46,789 nt of DNA from a virus: the IMG/VR virus record IMGVR_UViG_3300045988_051134; one strand, given 5' to 3'. Below, one piece after another: positions 46,661 to 46,789 of this stretch. The notes under the pieces are model-generated. The model saw nothing but the letters and a program-made list of their open reading frames with translations. It did no database searches and was not told the DNA's origin. How positions within the stretch are numbered: the stretch's first letter is position 1; each line of letters opens with the position of its first letter. The position numbers were made by a program, and so were the translations under genes.

Positions 46661-46789
46661 TCATTTTCAAAAAAATGAGCCTTACTCTCCCAAGGGCTCA
46701 GCGATTTGGTGTAGTCATTTGTAGTCACCTTGTAGTCAGCCTCAGCCTTACTCTCCCAAGGGCTGAGGCCTAATTGACTACATGACTAC
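46657..46789. repeat. Repeat block R1: second, partial copy of the R2 heptamer/stem-loop module, after the tail chaperone gene
   Basis: GTAGTCA at 46657, 46711, 46721, 46732. TGACTAC at 46775, 46783. Hairpins at 46676-46700 and 46739-46769. Roughly 85% alignable to 34413-34548, but with both 13-nt loops inverted. Confidence 0.9.

Overview
The window holds one complete siphovirus-type dsDNA phage gene set. The gene families look like those of lactic-acid-bacterium phages: an LL-H-type holin, a GH25+LysM endolysin, an ArpU late regulator and an SPP1/Sfi11-like packaging-head module. No host genes, integrase or CI repressor are present. The dominant feature is architectural. Bases 1..12382 are the exact reverse complement of 34408..46789 (x pairs with 46790-x). 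The whole block from the small post-replication ORFs through ArpU, terS, terL, portal, capsid, neck, major tail and tail chaperones is therefore present twice, in inverted orientation. These arms flank a 22,025-bp unique core (12383..34407) that runs TMP, Dit, Tal, fibres, lysis, early control and replication. Unique content is about 34.4 kb. Both arm/core junctions and both window termini lie in one family of non-coding repeats. These contain helically phased GTAGTCA/TGACTAC heptamers, stem-loops with a conserved 13-nt loop found in both orientations, an AT-rich perfect palindrome and a G-rich tract. The largest copy sits directly after the primase/VirE gene and is my best candidate for the origin of replication. 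I cannot tell from sequence alone whether the 12.4-kb inverted duplication is a real long ITR, a pair of inversion isomers, or an assembly or amplification chimera. The broken tail-chaperone->TMP synteny and the lack of any telomere or protein-priming enzyme make me lean towards isomers or an artefact. Other points of note are three tRNA-like acceptor/T-arm elements between ArpU and terS, a strong terminator directly upstream of terS, a tail-chaperone pair offset by +1 rather than -1, and a signal-peptide endolysin. All functional calls rest on motif recognition and gene order; no database search was run.
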